A stretch of 64,000 nucleotides of DNA, taken from the NCBI GenBank assembly GCA_051294905.1, contig CM119372.1:33358001-33422000 (forward strand). Reading direction: 5' to 3'. How positions within the stretch are numbered: position 1 is the first letter of the stretch; each line of letters begins with the position of its first letter. Under the pieces are notes generated by a model. That model was not told the DNA's origin and did not search any database. It was given only the letters and a program-made list of their open reading frames with translations. Source of the DNA: Botryllus schlosseri (Eukaryota). Positions 1 to 12,158 of this stretch are shown here, in pieces. The translations under genes and the position numbers were made by a program.

Positions 1-338
1 AACCCGGTCTCTGTACATATAATGCGGGTAAATAGGTTCAATTCTGATTTCACTGCGCAAACGATTTACGTAGCTTTGATCTCACTATACCGTGCCTATG
101 TTTTTGATTACAGTACGCTGCGCCACTGGGAGTTTTAAACATTTTGAATAACTTCGGATACACCCAAATGGGGCAGGACTATCCGCTGAATATGATGAGA
201 TCGAGATGGATGGACACTTCTGTTTTGCTGGAAAAGACCAGTCGGAACTGTCCAGAAGAAGCCGACAAAGGTATTCAACATATGAGCGTTAAATTAGTGG
301 ATTTACTTACATGTAATAATTGCCCCGAGAATCCGTGA
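1..338 (+). CDS. 3' coding end of an unidentified spliced gene (putative exon <1-27; last coding exon 114-338)
   Basis: GT at 28; acceptor tttttgattacag ending 113; phase-0 open frame NPVSVHIMR|YAAPLGVLNILNNFGYTQMGQDYPLNMMRSRWMDTSVLLEKTSRNCPEEADKGIQHMSVKLVDLLTCNNCPENP*; consensus donor GTGAGT at 352, 13 nt after the stop; candidate next acceptor tctttcattgacag ending 5724. No recognisable domain. Confidence 0.5.
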
Positions 339-575
339 TCCATCGGACTCGGTGAGTGCTCACATGGGATATTTGTAGTCTACTTTCAGTACTTACACAA
401 GCGGTGCTTTTTTAAACTATACTTTCCCTACATGAAAAAACTTTATTTTAACCAAAACTGGACCGATAAAAAATTCCAGTAGTTACATCACGCATTATGT
501 TAAAATAGCTGGTTCGTGGTACAGAACTTGAATATAGCTTTCTATACAATATCCATTGTATAATAATATTTATTG

Positions 576-612
576 AACTCGAAGACTTTTCGGGTGCCTC
601 TTTTCAAGAGTT
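576..612 (-). ncRNA. Minimal type I hammerhead ribozyme motif (U3-A8 core variant)
   Basis: Minus strand reads AACTC-TTGAAAA-GAGGCACCC-GAAA-AGTCTTC-GAGTT: stem I AACTC/GAGTT, core UUGAAAA in place of CUGANGA, short stem II, GAAA, near-palindromic stem III (AAG.T.CTT), NUH site UUC; followed by AATAAA. Confidence 0.7.
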
Positions 613-767
613 AACGGCACACTAAAGGGATTTAAACAGATTTAAAAGCAAAACCAAAAAGGCAAAGTATGACGCAGCAATCAAAATCACAAACCATGAA
701 ATTCGCATTGTTTCAATGGCAACAATAACAAACTATGAAGTATAAAGACATACGGTACTATAGTAGC

Positions 768-1895
768 GGTTGCCAGTAAACTCGCCCCAAAGTAAATTCG
801 GCCCGTCGAATTCGGCCCTCGGTCACTTTGGCCGTCGGTGAATTCGGCCCTCGGTAAATTCGGCCCTCGGCAAATTCGGCCAGGGCCAGAGTAACAATAA
901 CAGTTACAATACCATTACCTAACCTGAATCCTAACCCTAATCCTAACCTAACTCTAATCCTAACCTAACCCTAATCCTAACCTAACCCTAATCCTAACCC
1001 TAATCTTAACCTAACCCTAATCCTAACCTAACCCTAATCCTAACCTAACCTAACCCTAATCCTAACCCTAACCTAACCCTAATCCTAACCCTAAACCTAA
1101 CCCCTAACCTCCAAATCACTTGATAATATTATAATTATGTAATATAATACACATTATTAGTTATTAGTTATTAGTAGGTTTAGGGTTAGGATTAGCGTTA
1201 GGGTTAGGATTAGGTTAGGGTTACGTTAGGTTAGGTTAGGATTAGGGTTAGGTTAGGATTCGGTTTAGGATTAGGGTTAGGTTAGGGTTAGGTTAGGATT
1301 AGGGTTAGGTTAGGTTAGGATTAGGGTTAGGTTAGAATTAGGGTTAGGATTAGTGTTAGGGTTCAGGTTAGATAATATTATAATTATGTAATATAATACA
1401 CATTATTAGTTCGTAATACAATTTCACACAATGTTCTCCGAGGGCCGAATATACCGATTGAAGTCGGCTGTCGGTAAATTCGGCCCCATAAACATTGGCA
1501 TAAATATATACATATATGTATTTATACGCATACCCTGTTCTCCAAATCACTTGATAATAATATAATTATGAAATTAATTCACATTAATAGTTGGTAATAC
1601 ATTTTCATAAAAAATTCTCCGAGGGCAGAATTGACCGAGTAACCAGTGAATTGACCGGTGAATTCGGCCGTCGGTAAATTCGGTCCCCGTGAATATCCGC
1701 GCTATCTCCCGTGATTACGCGATCTACGCATACCCTGACATCCAAATCACTTAATAATAGTATAATTATGTAATTAATTCATGTTAACGGTTGGTATTAC
1801 ATTTTAATACAATATTCTCGGTGGGCCGAATTTACTGATGTAATGGCCGAATTTGCCTGGGCCGAATTTACTTTGGGGCGAGTTTACTGGCAACC
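768..1895. mobile_element. Foldback MITE with GG..CC termini, 8-bp TSD and internal inverted telomere-like arrays
   Basis: ~37-bp perfect TIR GGTTGCCAGTAAACTCGCCCCAAAGTAAATTCGGCCC; TSD ATAGTAGC at 760-767 and 1896-1903; subterminal AATTCGGCC repeats. Confidence 0.9.
918..1370. repeat. Inverted telomere-like arrays: (CCTAA/CCCTAA/TCCTAA)n at ~918-1110 and (TTAGG/TTAGGG/TTAGGA)n at ~1176-1370
   Basis: Direct reading; both arrays lie inside the 768-1895 MITE and flank an AT-rich spacer that recurs about 4 times in the element. Confidence 0.9.
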
Positions 1896-2365
1896 ATAGT
1901 AGCAACGCAATTAGTGAATAAACAATTACACGCACGAAACACATGCACTAATGAGAAATTTGTAGGTTATAGAGGAAATCTTTTGGTCTACATAAAATAG
2001 GTTTGTTCAACTGAATAATAGTAGACTCCAGCAGTTTTAGATGAAACAAAGACCTACCAGGCGCAATGACAATGAACATATTGTCATCATAGTGCTGTGC
2101 ACAGGCGAGGTTTTCACTCAAATGCTGACCAATTGACGAAGCATATGCTTGGTAATCGTCATAGCAGTCTGTTTTGGCAGCCAATTTGCACTGACGTGCA
2201 AGCTCCGTGCGAGTATTTGTCCGCATATGTCCGTATACTTCATAGTTTGTTATTGTTGCCATTGGTACAATGCGAATTTCATGGTTTGTGATTTTGATCG
2301 CTGCGTCATACTTTGCCTTTTTGGTTTTGCTTTAAAATCTGTTTAAATCCCTTTAGTGTGCCGTT

Positions 2366-2402
2366 AACTCTTGAAAAGAGGCACCCGAAAAGTCTTCGAG
2401 TT
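2366..2402 (+). ncRNA. Second, identical minimal hammerhead motif in the inverted Penelope arm
   Basis: Exact reverse complement of 576-612. Confidence 0.7.
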
Positions 2403-2479
2403 CAATGAATATTATTATACAATGGATATTGAATTGAAAGCTATTATGTTAGAAATAATTAAGATTTGTTGTAGTATAT

Positions 2480-2892
2480 AGGCTTACCATATTTTGGAAA
2501 TCTTTTCAGAAATTTGAGACTTGAATTCTCAAAAACCGGTGAATTTTTCCCACTCTGTGATCGGTGGACTAAAAAAAAAAAAGGTCATCTTTTCCGCTCA
2601 GAGCTCAAAATACCGTTTTCCTTGCCGCATTGCTAGGTGGATGACTAAAAAAAAAAGGTCATATTTCCGCCCAGAGCTAAAATCACCCCTTTTCGCTCCG
2701 AAATACCCGCCGGAGCGTCACTTCTGTGCTAATTTACGGCATATAATTCGCAATTTGCTTTAAATCTGACCTAAATTTTCAAAAAAGAGGACAAAATCTC
2801 AAAAAGAGGACAAAAGGCCGTCTTCCGAGGACACTTTCAAAAAAGTCAAAAAAGAGGACAAATCCTCTTAAAAGAGGACGTATGGTAACCCT
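2480..2892. mobile_element. MITE end fragment (family ending GAGGACGTATGGTAACCCTA); relatives at ~7090-7464, ~24120-24241, ~58208-58380
   Basis: Shared terminus and AAAAGAGGAC subterminal repeats at several positions; the opposite end and TSD were not recovered. Confidence 0.7.
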
Positions 2893-3110
2893 ATTGTAGT
2901 ACAACACAAGATGCTTTCCTACATTCTCCTACAAAGTGTATGTCCTTAATAAGTAGCTTGCCAAGAATGGAGAAAGAACGTTGAACAGCAGGAGTTGCTG
3001 GCTGGCTGGCTTGCTGGCAACACTGAAGTTGTGCGTACACTGCTGGTGACAGATCGTGTTGCTTCATTCTGACAATACTGTCTATATCACAATGCCAACG
3101 CAGTCTTGCT
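2893..3110 (-). pseudogene. Degraded hAT-transposase C-terminal (dimerisation-like) fragment
   Basis: LQCCQ...PATPAVQRSFSILGKLLIKD resembles the hAT PxTSxxxERxFS motif; disrupted and truncated. Confidence 0.45.
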
Positions 3111-3120
3111 TCAGTCAGGA

Positions 3121-5224
3121 CAGTGGTTCTCAACCTTTTTGACCTCGCGGCACCCTTTGGAAATGAAAAATAGTTCGGGGCACACCATGACAGGGGTTCT
3201 GAGCTTTTTCGATTTACAGCAACTATAAACTACCAGAATACTTATTAGCACCCAGTAGTAACGCTGACTAATGTGACCTCCTCTGCAGTCAATCCAACAA
3301 TGTCTCTGCACTTCCTTTCTTTTAAAATAAACTTCTCCATTTTAATATTTCTATAAATAAACTTTTGTACGTATAGCGTCCCGAATATAGCTTACTAAGC
3401 CGTGATAGAAAGTCGTCGTTTTCCTCGGGCCATAATATCGTTCCGTCGTGATTACAACAAATAGTACGTATTCAGACCTAAGTAAAAGTGGTCATTTTGA
3501 TGTACGGCTGCACAGAAACTTCGGGCTGCCCGTATATAGATACTATTTCCTAAGATTTGTTTGACCATAAATCTGCCCATTGTCGCATTGGGTCGAACAG
3601 GTCAAGCACGATCGCCGCTAACGAATACGGAGGCGTAGAGGTGTAGGCTATACCAGGCTATACAATGCATTTCCACGCAGATCATGTAACACAGGGGCCG
3701 GCAACCTTTCGTATGCAGCGTGAAAAAATATGAACAATTATAAAATATTACCAACTGGCGTGCCAACCATTTTAAATTTTGTCATATTTAGCGTTTCAAG
3801 CAAGGAATCACAGCAACCCCCCATCTGTAGCTGGCAACGGCGTCAGTGATTCTAGCAGTATTGGTCGCGAAGGGTATAAATCTTGGTCGCTACCACAATA
3901 GTCCTACCGCCTAATGTACGCAATGTGTGCAGACTGTGCACCATTTAAATTTAGGCGCGTAATGATCCATCTTATGTGGTTGCCTTGATCGTTTCCAAAT
4001 ATACTGTGTATGGTACCATAGCCAATAAGTGACAGGCCCATCAAAGATTTTATGAGGAGATGGCCTGATGATAAAAATACGCCTTCCCCTGCAAATTGTT
4101 TTGGCAACGCACACAGCGCATGGAGTCGCATGTTTCTGAACGTTAATCTCATATCGTGAAAATGACCTGGGCCAAAATGCTGGTTTCTATAAAATATTCG
4201 CGATATGCATATGCACGGTGCACACTGCACATGCACATTCCTAGACTAAAGATTCCGAACGGCTTCATACGATATTTGGTTGCCGTATATATAGTTTCCC
4301 AAGATGAAGACATTAGGTCACGGTAAAACGCGCAGAGCGCGAAAAAATATGTCTAGGATAACCAAAATCTGCCCCGAAAGACTCCGTATTATGTCGATTT
4401 ATCAAATGATTTTAGCTTTTCCGTTTTTACAACTTATGTGACATGTTTTGCAACAAACATGGTTATAATATGTCGTTTTCGTCAAATCATTTGGCGTGCG
4501 ATGAAAAATCATATCACGTGCCACAAATGGCACGCGTGCCGCGGTTTGCCGACCGCTATTGTAGCACCCAGGAAGATGCAATAGCCATACCTCAATAGCT
4601 CTACTGGCACTCACCCACAGTTCAATTATACTTCCAACAAACCAAGCTTATAACCTCAGCGGCGAAGAGGTTTATTGACTGATATAATTTGATCTACCTT
4701 ACTTCTAAATTCTCATATTCGTCGGCAGTAACACAACGTTGTGCTACAAGCCTAATTTTAACGGAACTTCCGGCACGATACCTAACAATCGCAATGTGGA
4801 TTGACGTATTTGTAATTCGAATTTGTAAAGGCGAACGTCAATTCCAAAGCAGTTAATTTCTCGCTTGTGATTGGGGAGACAAGGAGGATTAGAAAACTGC
4901 ATTGTCAATGTCATTCAGGCGTCGTTATGTCTGCTCTCCTCGGCGATCAATCGACGTATTGTGCAAAATTGAATGCAGCCTTCAAGGCACACGGCATGTC
5001 GGGTAAAGCGAATTCGAGGGAGTTATTGATTGAGGGCATAACATAACTTTTAATTTCCAAATGTACAAACTTCACATCAAACTCGATTTAGACTATTGAT
5101 CGTTTGCTAAAGACTAGAATTATTTTGCGCATAATTTCAAAATTCCGAACAAATCGCTCGCGGCACACTTCCGAGACGTAAATGGCACACCAGTGTGCCG
5201 CGGCACACCGGTTGAGAACCACTG
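3121..5224. mobile_element. hAT (Buster/Charlie-like) non-autonomous element with a nested hAT MITE at 3692-4558
   Basis: TIR CAGTGGTTCTCAACC/GGTTGAGAACCACTG; TSD AGTCAGGA/AGTTAGGA. Inner element CAGGGGCCGGCAACC...GGTTTGCCGACCGCTA with TSD ATGTAACA/TTGTAGCA. Confidence 0.85.
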
Positions 5225-6845
5225 AGTTAGGATATTGCGGTACGTTGACCATAACACCATGTCAACGTATTTGTCTCATTTGACCGTTTATGATTCACAA
5301 TGAGCAGACAATGGGCCATCTACAACGGTAGGCCTATAAAGTAGGCAAAAAGCTGTAAAATGTCAAATGATAAGTTCACCGACAGTGCAAATATCTACGA
5401 TGCAAATGAAATGGAGGTTCCAAAAATGCTGACTTTGTAAACAATGTCGACAATTTTCTGACCTATCACTACAATTTTGACAAAATATTGACTTTTTTGA
5501 CATGTAAAAGAAAATCCCCCTTGTCGAGTAATGCGACTCGATTTGCCTTTCAAGTAACGAGCCTATACGACTTCACTCTAAGAATGTTTCATAAACTAAA
5601 TATTATAGTGACAATTTTTATCAACCATTCCACACGGGCAGCCATGTGTATCCGACGAACAGTACATTTGTTATGGGCGTAGCCATGATTTAGAATGACG
5701 TCTTATTTATTCTTTCATTGACAGGCCAAGACGACGACAACGCCAGTCTTGCTACATTTGGGAAGGCAAACAGCCTCAATATGATATGCGAACACTGAAC
5801 GGCCGGAAATCATTTCCGCTCAGTTATTCACCAAAATGAATATTTTATCACGTTACGAGCACTCTTATGTGTGTTTTAGGTCGATATTATCTGCGTTCTT
5901 CGACCACTTCCTAGCTATATTCGTTTATCTTGTATCCGGTAAATTATATCATGTGCAACGTTGGAAGATCTATATAAGACTCGCCCCCGGAACTTTTGTT
6001 AGGCATGTCAGGGTTGTAAATACCAGGAACATGTTTATCAAAAGTTGTAAATACTAGGAAAAAACATTCATTAGGTATACTCGCACTGGGGTGTATAGTC
6101 ACGTTATAACGGGGGATTCTGCTCGACTGTTGAGAGGGAAAGAAAATTCACTATTCTTGCACTGCGCTTACTACGATGCTTAGGTGATGGAGATACGAAG
6201 CAGCAGACAGGTTAAGGAGGCAGTGTGACCCCTTCTGCTTCTGCTTAAACAATACCAATTGCAATTGAAAAAATGGATGCGATGATTTGCTGCTGCACAA
6301 ATGTGCCATTGGAAATTTTTTCGTGCCGTCAATAATTCCTTATCTTTTCACCTCTGTCTTGCAGATCCATGTCGACATGCAATTGCAGTATTTGTGTGTA
6401 AAAGTAGACCATGAATAGTTTATTAATATGAAGATATTATTTCCGCCAGCTTCCAATCACCGTGCTGGCAATCAAACTAAATATTCACAAATGTCAAATT
6501 ACACAGTTAACTTGAGGTTGAACTATTCGGAGTGACGCGGTCTCAGTTGACTTCATCGCATCAACACGGCCGAAACCGCTATCTGGTTATTTATTGATTT
6601 TCATGCGATCAATAGCGATCAATTTCGAAATGTCATTAAGAATGTTTTACATCTTGCAAGTATATTTTAAGGATTGCACTACTAGATCCTTTGTCGCGGT
6701 TCCTGATATGAATGGACTTGTTAAATTTGAGGGATCCTGTGGTCTTATAACAATCATATGACATCACGTAGTTCAGGGGTCTCTAACTCAAATGTGCTCG
6801 CGGGTCAATTTCCAAGTAGGCCTTATTTGACGGGACCTTTTAGAC

Positions 6846-8579
6846 CAGTGATTCCCAAGCGCGGCCCTCAGATAGCCTTCTTGCGACCCCCAAAATATAT
6901 TAAGAAATCGATTTATGACAAAAAATAAAATTTATATTTATAAAATACTCTTGCTTGGCTTGGCCTCTGTAGTTTTTAATTATAGAATTGCAGGAAAGTT
7001 GTGAGTATAGACTGCTAACGTTACGTCACTGCTGTTTCAATGCAATGTGCCCTAACTTTCCAGTTGAACGAGCAGTAGCTATAGATATAAATAGGTATTG
7101 ATAACTTTCAAAACCGGCGGAAAATTCTGAAAAAATGGTAAATTTTTCCCACTTCGTGGTCGCTTGACTAAAAAAGAAAAAGAGTCTCAACTCCCGGAAA
7201 ATACAGTTTTTCTTTCACATTAACAGGTGGTTGACTGAACAAAAAGGTCAACTTTCCGGTCCAGCTCCCGAAATAGCCGCCGTAGCGTTCCTACAGTGCT
7301 GACGTAATGTATATCAGTCGAATTTGGCCCTATATGTAACCAAAATCCTCAAAAAAGAAGACAGAATCTTAAAAAAGAAGACATTTGGGCGTCCTCCGAG
7401 GACACTTAGAAAAAAATCAAAAAAGAGGACAAATCATCTTAAAAGAGGACGTATGGTAACCCTATGGTAACTATAGATGTGCAACACGTGACTCACGGTT
7501 GAATACGCCGAGATGCATACTGCTTAGCCGGCTAAAAGCAGCATAATTGGTAGTCCTATAGGAAGGGCCGTAACTGCCGCACCCCAAACCCCCCAATTGA
7601 GGGGGGCCGAGCTCGAAGGGGTCCCAAAATTATTTCGTGAATTAGCATAAATTATAGAGTATTTTTTGAAAATTTATGCAACCTTTTCAAAAAATTTTCG
7701 CGCCAGTCGCGATTTCAATTCGCCACATGTCCTGATTATTGGGTACTCTTCCCCAAGAATAAATACGCAAGATGTATAGAAATGCGCATATCAGCGTTGG
7801 CCATGACCGCACCACAACGCACCAAGACATATAAAGTTTTAGACCATGTAACATGTGACTCCAAGAAGTGTGTCAGAACGATCGGCTGCGAGAAAGCCTT
7901 GGCCGTAAAGGACTGCTTTTATGCTGCAGTTTCAAAGACACCTCTCACTCAGCTCTACCGGTAAATCTGATTACGTGGGCAAAGAGAACAACCATGCAAT
8001 TCCCGATCTTATTCACCGATTTTATCATGAATTATCGAAATATTCGCGCGTCGCGCTCTCTCACTAAACAGTACAACTTTAATTTCGTGGCAAAAGCGAA
8101 CAACGTGATGCGGGGTCAGTTTATCACCCTATGGGAGCCCGGAGTCCTGATGAAGTGGTGTTACGTTCCTGCCAACGGGTATACCCCCGGAGATGTTTAA
8201 TTACTATTGAGGGGGCCTATACCTTTTCAAACACACCTCACTCAGCTCTACCGGTAAATCAGATTACGTGAACAGAGACAGGATGAAAATTGATAGCAAT
8301 ACATGCAATTCCCGATCATATTGACCGATTCATTCATGAAACTAAAGAAATTTATCGCGCTTCGCGCGTTTAGGCGAGAAAAGCTGATTCACTCAACGGA
8401 CACCCAATGCAGCAGATAAGTAGCGGTAAACAGTGTACAGGGCCAGGGCAATAAAACTACTCCGAAATAGCCTTGATGACTGTTTGGGTCCGTTTCATAG
8501 CCGTAGTATTCGTGCGGCCCCGACCGTACTCTGAAATTCTAAATTTGGCCCTCACACCGAAAAAGTTTGGGAACCACTG
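6846..8579. mobile_element. hAT MITE nested in 6774-13553
   Basis: CAGTGATTCCCAA...TTGGGAACCACTG; perfect TSD TTTTAGAC. Confidence 0.85.
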
Positions 8580-8841
8580 TTTTAGACTGACATTCCACGC
8601 ACTTCGTGAAAATGTGATGTACTATCGTAATATTCACGCCTGGCACGAAATAATCACATTTTTAAATATTTGAATCAGGGCTTTGGAGCAGCCGTAAATT
8701 TCCATCACTCCAGCTCCGGCTCCGGAGCTTTCTTCTATCATACATTAGCTCCTGCTCCAGCTCCGGAGCCGCATTATTACCACTGCTCCGGCTCCAGCTC
8801 CGGCTCCGGCTCTGAAAACTATCGAAGGTGTCTGTCTATAT

Positions 8842-9541
8842 CAGAGGTGGGCAACCCGCGGCCTGCAGGCCATATGGGGCCCGTGAGAAGGTTTTGAGTA
8901 GCCCACGAGCTCATTTCCCATTATATATTATCGAAATTCTGTTTATCGATATTGAATTGCTCAGATTGTGAACTTGCAAGGCCAACCAAAAATATGATTA
9001 GTCTGACCGCGACACTTGGGATGTTGATGACTAAAATATCAGTTCCGATGCATTGGCAGATCCAGGGTCCAGTCACATTTTTAGTAAATCGTCGTACATT
9101 ACAATAAATTAAAAAAGTAGTAAAATTTTTCTTCACGCTTCGAGTGTTTAATTGTCACACGATTTCTTGCTTTGTAGCCTAACCCCACCTGAAAATGAAA
9201 AAACGCCTGATTTAGCCGATTGAGTCTAACTATATTCGCAATTACGACGAAAGTCTTTTCGCGTTTGCGCTCGCAGAAAGATCGTAGACGATGAAATGTA
9301 GGCACAAAATGATTGTCGTATATTAGCGGAAATCTTCGATATCGATATGTCCAGATGCCGAATAGTCCTGTCCTTGCAAACTGAGCCCAGCGGGCGGTAT
9401 ACAGTCGACCCGCAATATACCCAACTATTATTAATATTAACTTTGAAAATTTTACGCGCCTGGCGCGGCTAGTGGGCATGGGCAGCGCACTCGTTCGTCA
9501 ATTTCATGTGGCCCTTTAGCCGAAAAGGTTGGCCACCCCTG
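8842..9541. mobile_element. hAT (Buster-like) MITE nested in 8676-11566
   Basis: CAGAGGTGGGCAACC...GGTTGGCCACCCCTG; perfect TSD GTCTATAT. Confidence 0.9.
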
Positions 9542-10325
9542 GTCTATATAGATTACTAATTTACCCGTAGGTTAGTTATCTATAGTAATCTAGAGTCTGT
9601 CAGCCGTCAGTAACATCGGATGCAGCAACGAACACATAAGTGCCGCCGTGCCGGCTTGTGACGTCATATTGAATACTTGTCAATTGTCGTTAACATCATA
9701 GTTGCACTAGAACGCACTTTACTCGGTGGCATTGCTGTGTATAGCATTAAAATTATGATACGGCGTTTTAACACTGGCACTGTACTCGTTAACATTAAGC
9801 CATACAGCTCAATTCAATCTTTAAATGTGCGATTATTATTCAACTGTAACTGTAGTAAGAGCAATATGGGCGGATATCACGACGTGATCAATAGAAATTC
9901 GATTTGTACCAAATGGCCAATGGTTTGACGTTCGATATTGGTGCACTCGTTGTCGTTACCAGTCCATCCGGTATCGATCAAGTTTATCGGAATATAATAT
10001 TTTCCCGTTGAAACGAATCGAATAATTGAATTAAACACTGTGCCATGTACAGTGCGCCATGCCCATAACGAATTAAACTATGCAGTATGCACATTGCACA
10101 TTTACAAGTCACAGTGCGCGATAATCCTGGAATACTAGAGTATCAAGCAGACATCAAGAATGAATTTACGAAACAGATGATTACAAATTGGAAATCGCGT
10201 ATCAAATCAGTAATTTGTCTCCAACATAAAACACCATGGGGTCCTGACTCTTGTCATCGCATTGAGTAGCTCGCACCGCGACAATTGTTTACTGAGTGTA
10301 ACGGCGTTTATAGGCTACTCTTCTG

Positions 10326-10841
10326 TAGGGTTGGGCACAATGATTCGAGTACTCGAATCTGAATCGAGTAATAATTTTAATGGTTCGAGTCGAGTAGTAA
10401 AGACGATTTTTTCGAGTACTGAAATTATGCGCTCCTCGCCACCTAAAGTTAATTTATCATCGAGAATTATAGTTTCGATACTAATTTTCACTGTTGAAGC
10501 CATGAAACCTTGATTGGCCGTATTGTAGCATACTAAACATATCGTACAAAGATACGAACGTTACTAGAAATAGCACATTTCCGAAGTCATGATCATCCCA
10601 CAACATTGTCACCAAGTACAATGAAATCGGTATGGTCGAAAAAATACCAAAGTATCTTGAATGAGATAGATAACAGGCATTATATTATTCGCGGTCGAAT
10701 AAAAGGAACCTATTTGAACTTTGCAATATTACATTCTGTTATGACGTCATAATGAGTGATACTCGATTAGTCGACTCGACTCGAAGCATACTACGTGATT
10801 CAGAATCGAATCACTCAGGTACTCGATTTTGCCCGGCCCGA
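10326..10841. mobile_element. hAT-type MITE with TCGAGT/TCGAAT subterminal repeats; relative at ~24285-24715
   Basis: TAGGGTTGGGCA...TGCCCGGCCCGA; TSD CTCTTCTG on both sides. Confidence 0.8.
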
Positions 10842-12158
10842 CTCTTCTGCCATCTCCTATTTACGCTTGAAAATCCTTACTGGAGTGAATGACGATCATG
10901 CGCAGTAATGAATTCCAATTAGCATGCATAATTGCATACTCAATAACACTGTCCAATTTCGCGGCCCGATTAAAGAACTAACACGAAAGATCGAGTATTT
11001 TCTCATCCGATTCATAGCAACGATGAGATGGAATTTCTCGGCTCGTGCTCGTCATATCGACATGTGCAACGAAATCACGTTTTTATCTTCTCTCCCATTT
11101 CGCGTAATACATAGTGATCATTATTTTCGAACCGTACAATTGGCCAACAAGGTAGTGCTGATGATGAAATTGCGGGTATGCCGAATACCCACAATATTCA
11201 CAGGCATATTTCGCATACCGCGAGGTTCGGCACTCATGTATGGAAATTGAACATTGAACATATGACTGCTCTGCTGTTAAATCCCCAGGAACATGGTTAG
11301 TCGGAAAAGGTAGCGCCAAAGAGGAAAAGATTCTTAATTTCGCGAAGGCCTGCTGTTGAATTATGTGAAATCAGCAGATATAGTTGTTGCATATATAATA
11401 GCATCTTATGAAATACGTCGGGGCCGGAGCTACCCCTCAAATAACTGGCCCCAGCTCCGGCTCCGGCTGAATTTTATGTAGAGCTCCGGCTCCGGCTCCA
11501 GCTCCGGTAAATATGCACGGCTTCGGGGCTCCGGCTCCGGGCTCTGGCTCCGGCTCCAAAGCCCTGATTTCAATGAGCTTGTTGTGCTACGTGGCATAAC
11601 TTATCAAAATAATTAGATAGACGCAGACACAAGCACGGGGAAAATGCACCGTGACACCGTAAAAGCCGTCGCGTTACAATTTTACAGCTAGCAGACATTT
11701 GACGTGTCACAATTATAAGTAAAATATGTTAGAATTTAATAAGAATTGATCTTATATCAGAGCATTTGAGCAGTGTAATCCAATCCACGTTTCGGGCATA
11801 CTCCTTATTAGTAGGATATTGGCCATGTCATTGCCAAAGTCAAATTAAATCAGCGTTAGATTTACATTCGAATATTGTAACAGATAAATAACAACATAAA
11901 TGTGTTATAGTAAAGAAATGTTCAATCGCCAAACAATCCATTGGTGTTACAGCTGTCGAGCGTACCACTTTGTTACTAGCCACCTTTATTTGGCGATAAT
12001 AACATGGATGGAGAGACCTCAAGATGTGACTAACTCTACATCAAAGAGACAACAAAATGCCAATGATTGCCATACCGACCTTTTTATAGATAGAGAAATC
12101 CGCTACGCTACGCTACGCCCGCCACGACCTTTTGATAGATTACTATTCCTCATGACAG

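Larger units (their letters stand above)
534..2444 (-). mobile_element. 5'-truncated Penelope-like retroelement (GIY-YIG C-terminus + 3' UTR) with an inverted copy of its 3' end
   Basis: Minus strand ~2160-1948 encodes SSIGQHLSENLACAQHYDDNMFIVIAPGRSLFHLKLLESTIIQLNKPILCR, typical of the C-terminal half of a PLE GIY-YIG endonuclease. The 3' UTR (~750-534) is repeated in inverted orientation at ~2228-2444. Hammerhead motifs lie in both arms. Confidence 0.8.
8676..11566. mobile_element. hAT-type MITE with (GGCTCC)n subterminal arrays
   Basis: TIR CAGGGCTTTGGAGC/GCTCCAAAGCCCTG; TSD ATTTGAAT/ATTTCAAT. Confidence 0.85.

Noticed and set aside
918..1370. Relic of a telomere-telomere chromosome fusion
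   Set aside because: The order is C-rich then G-rich (opposite to an end-to-end fusion), the units are mixed, and the arrays sit inside a TSD-flanked MITE.
1948..2262. 104-aa ORF as an intact gene
   Set aside because: Its N-terminal part is the inverted Penelope 3' UTR read through by chance; only the C-terminal ~70 aa are GIY-YIG-derived.
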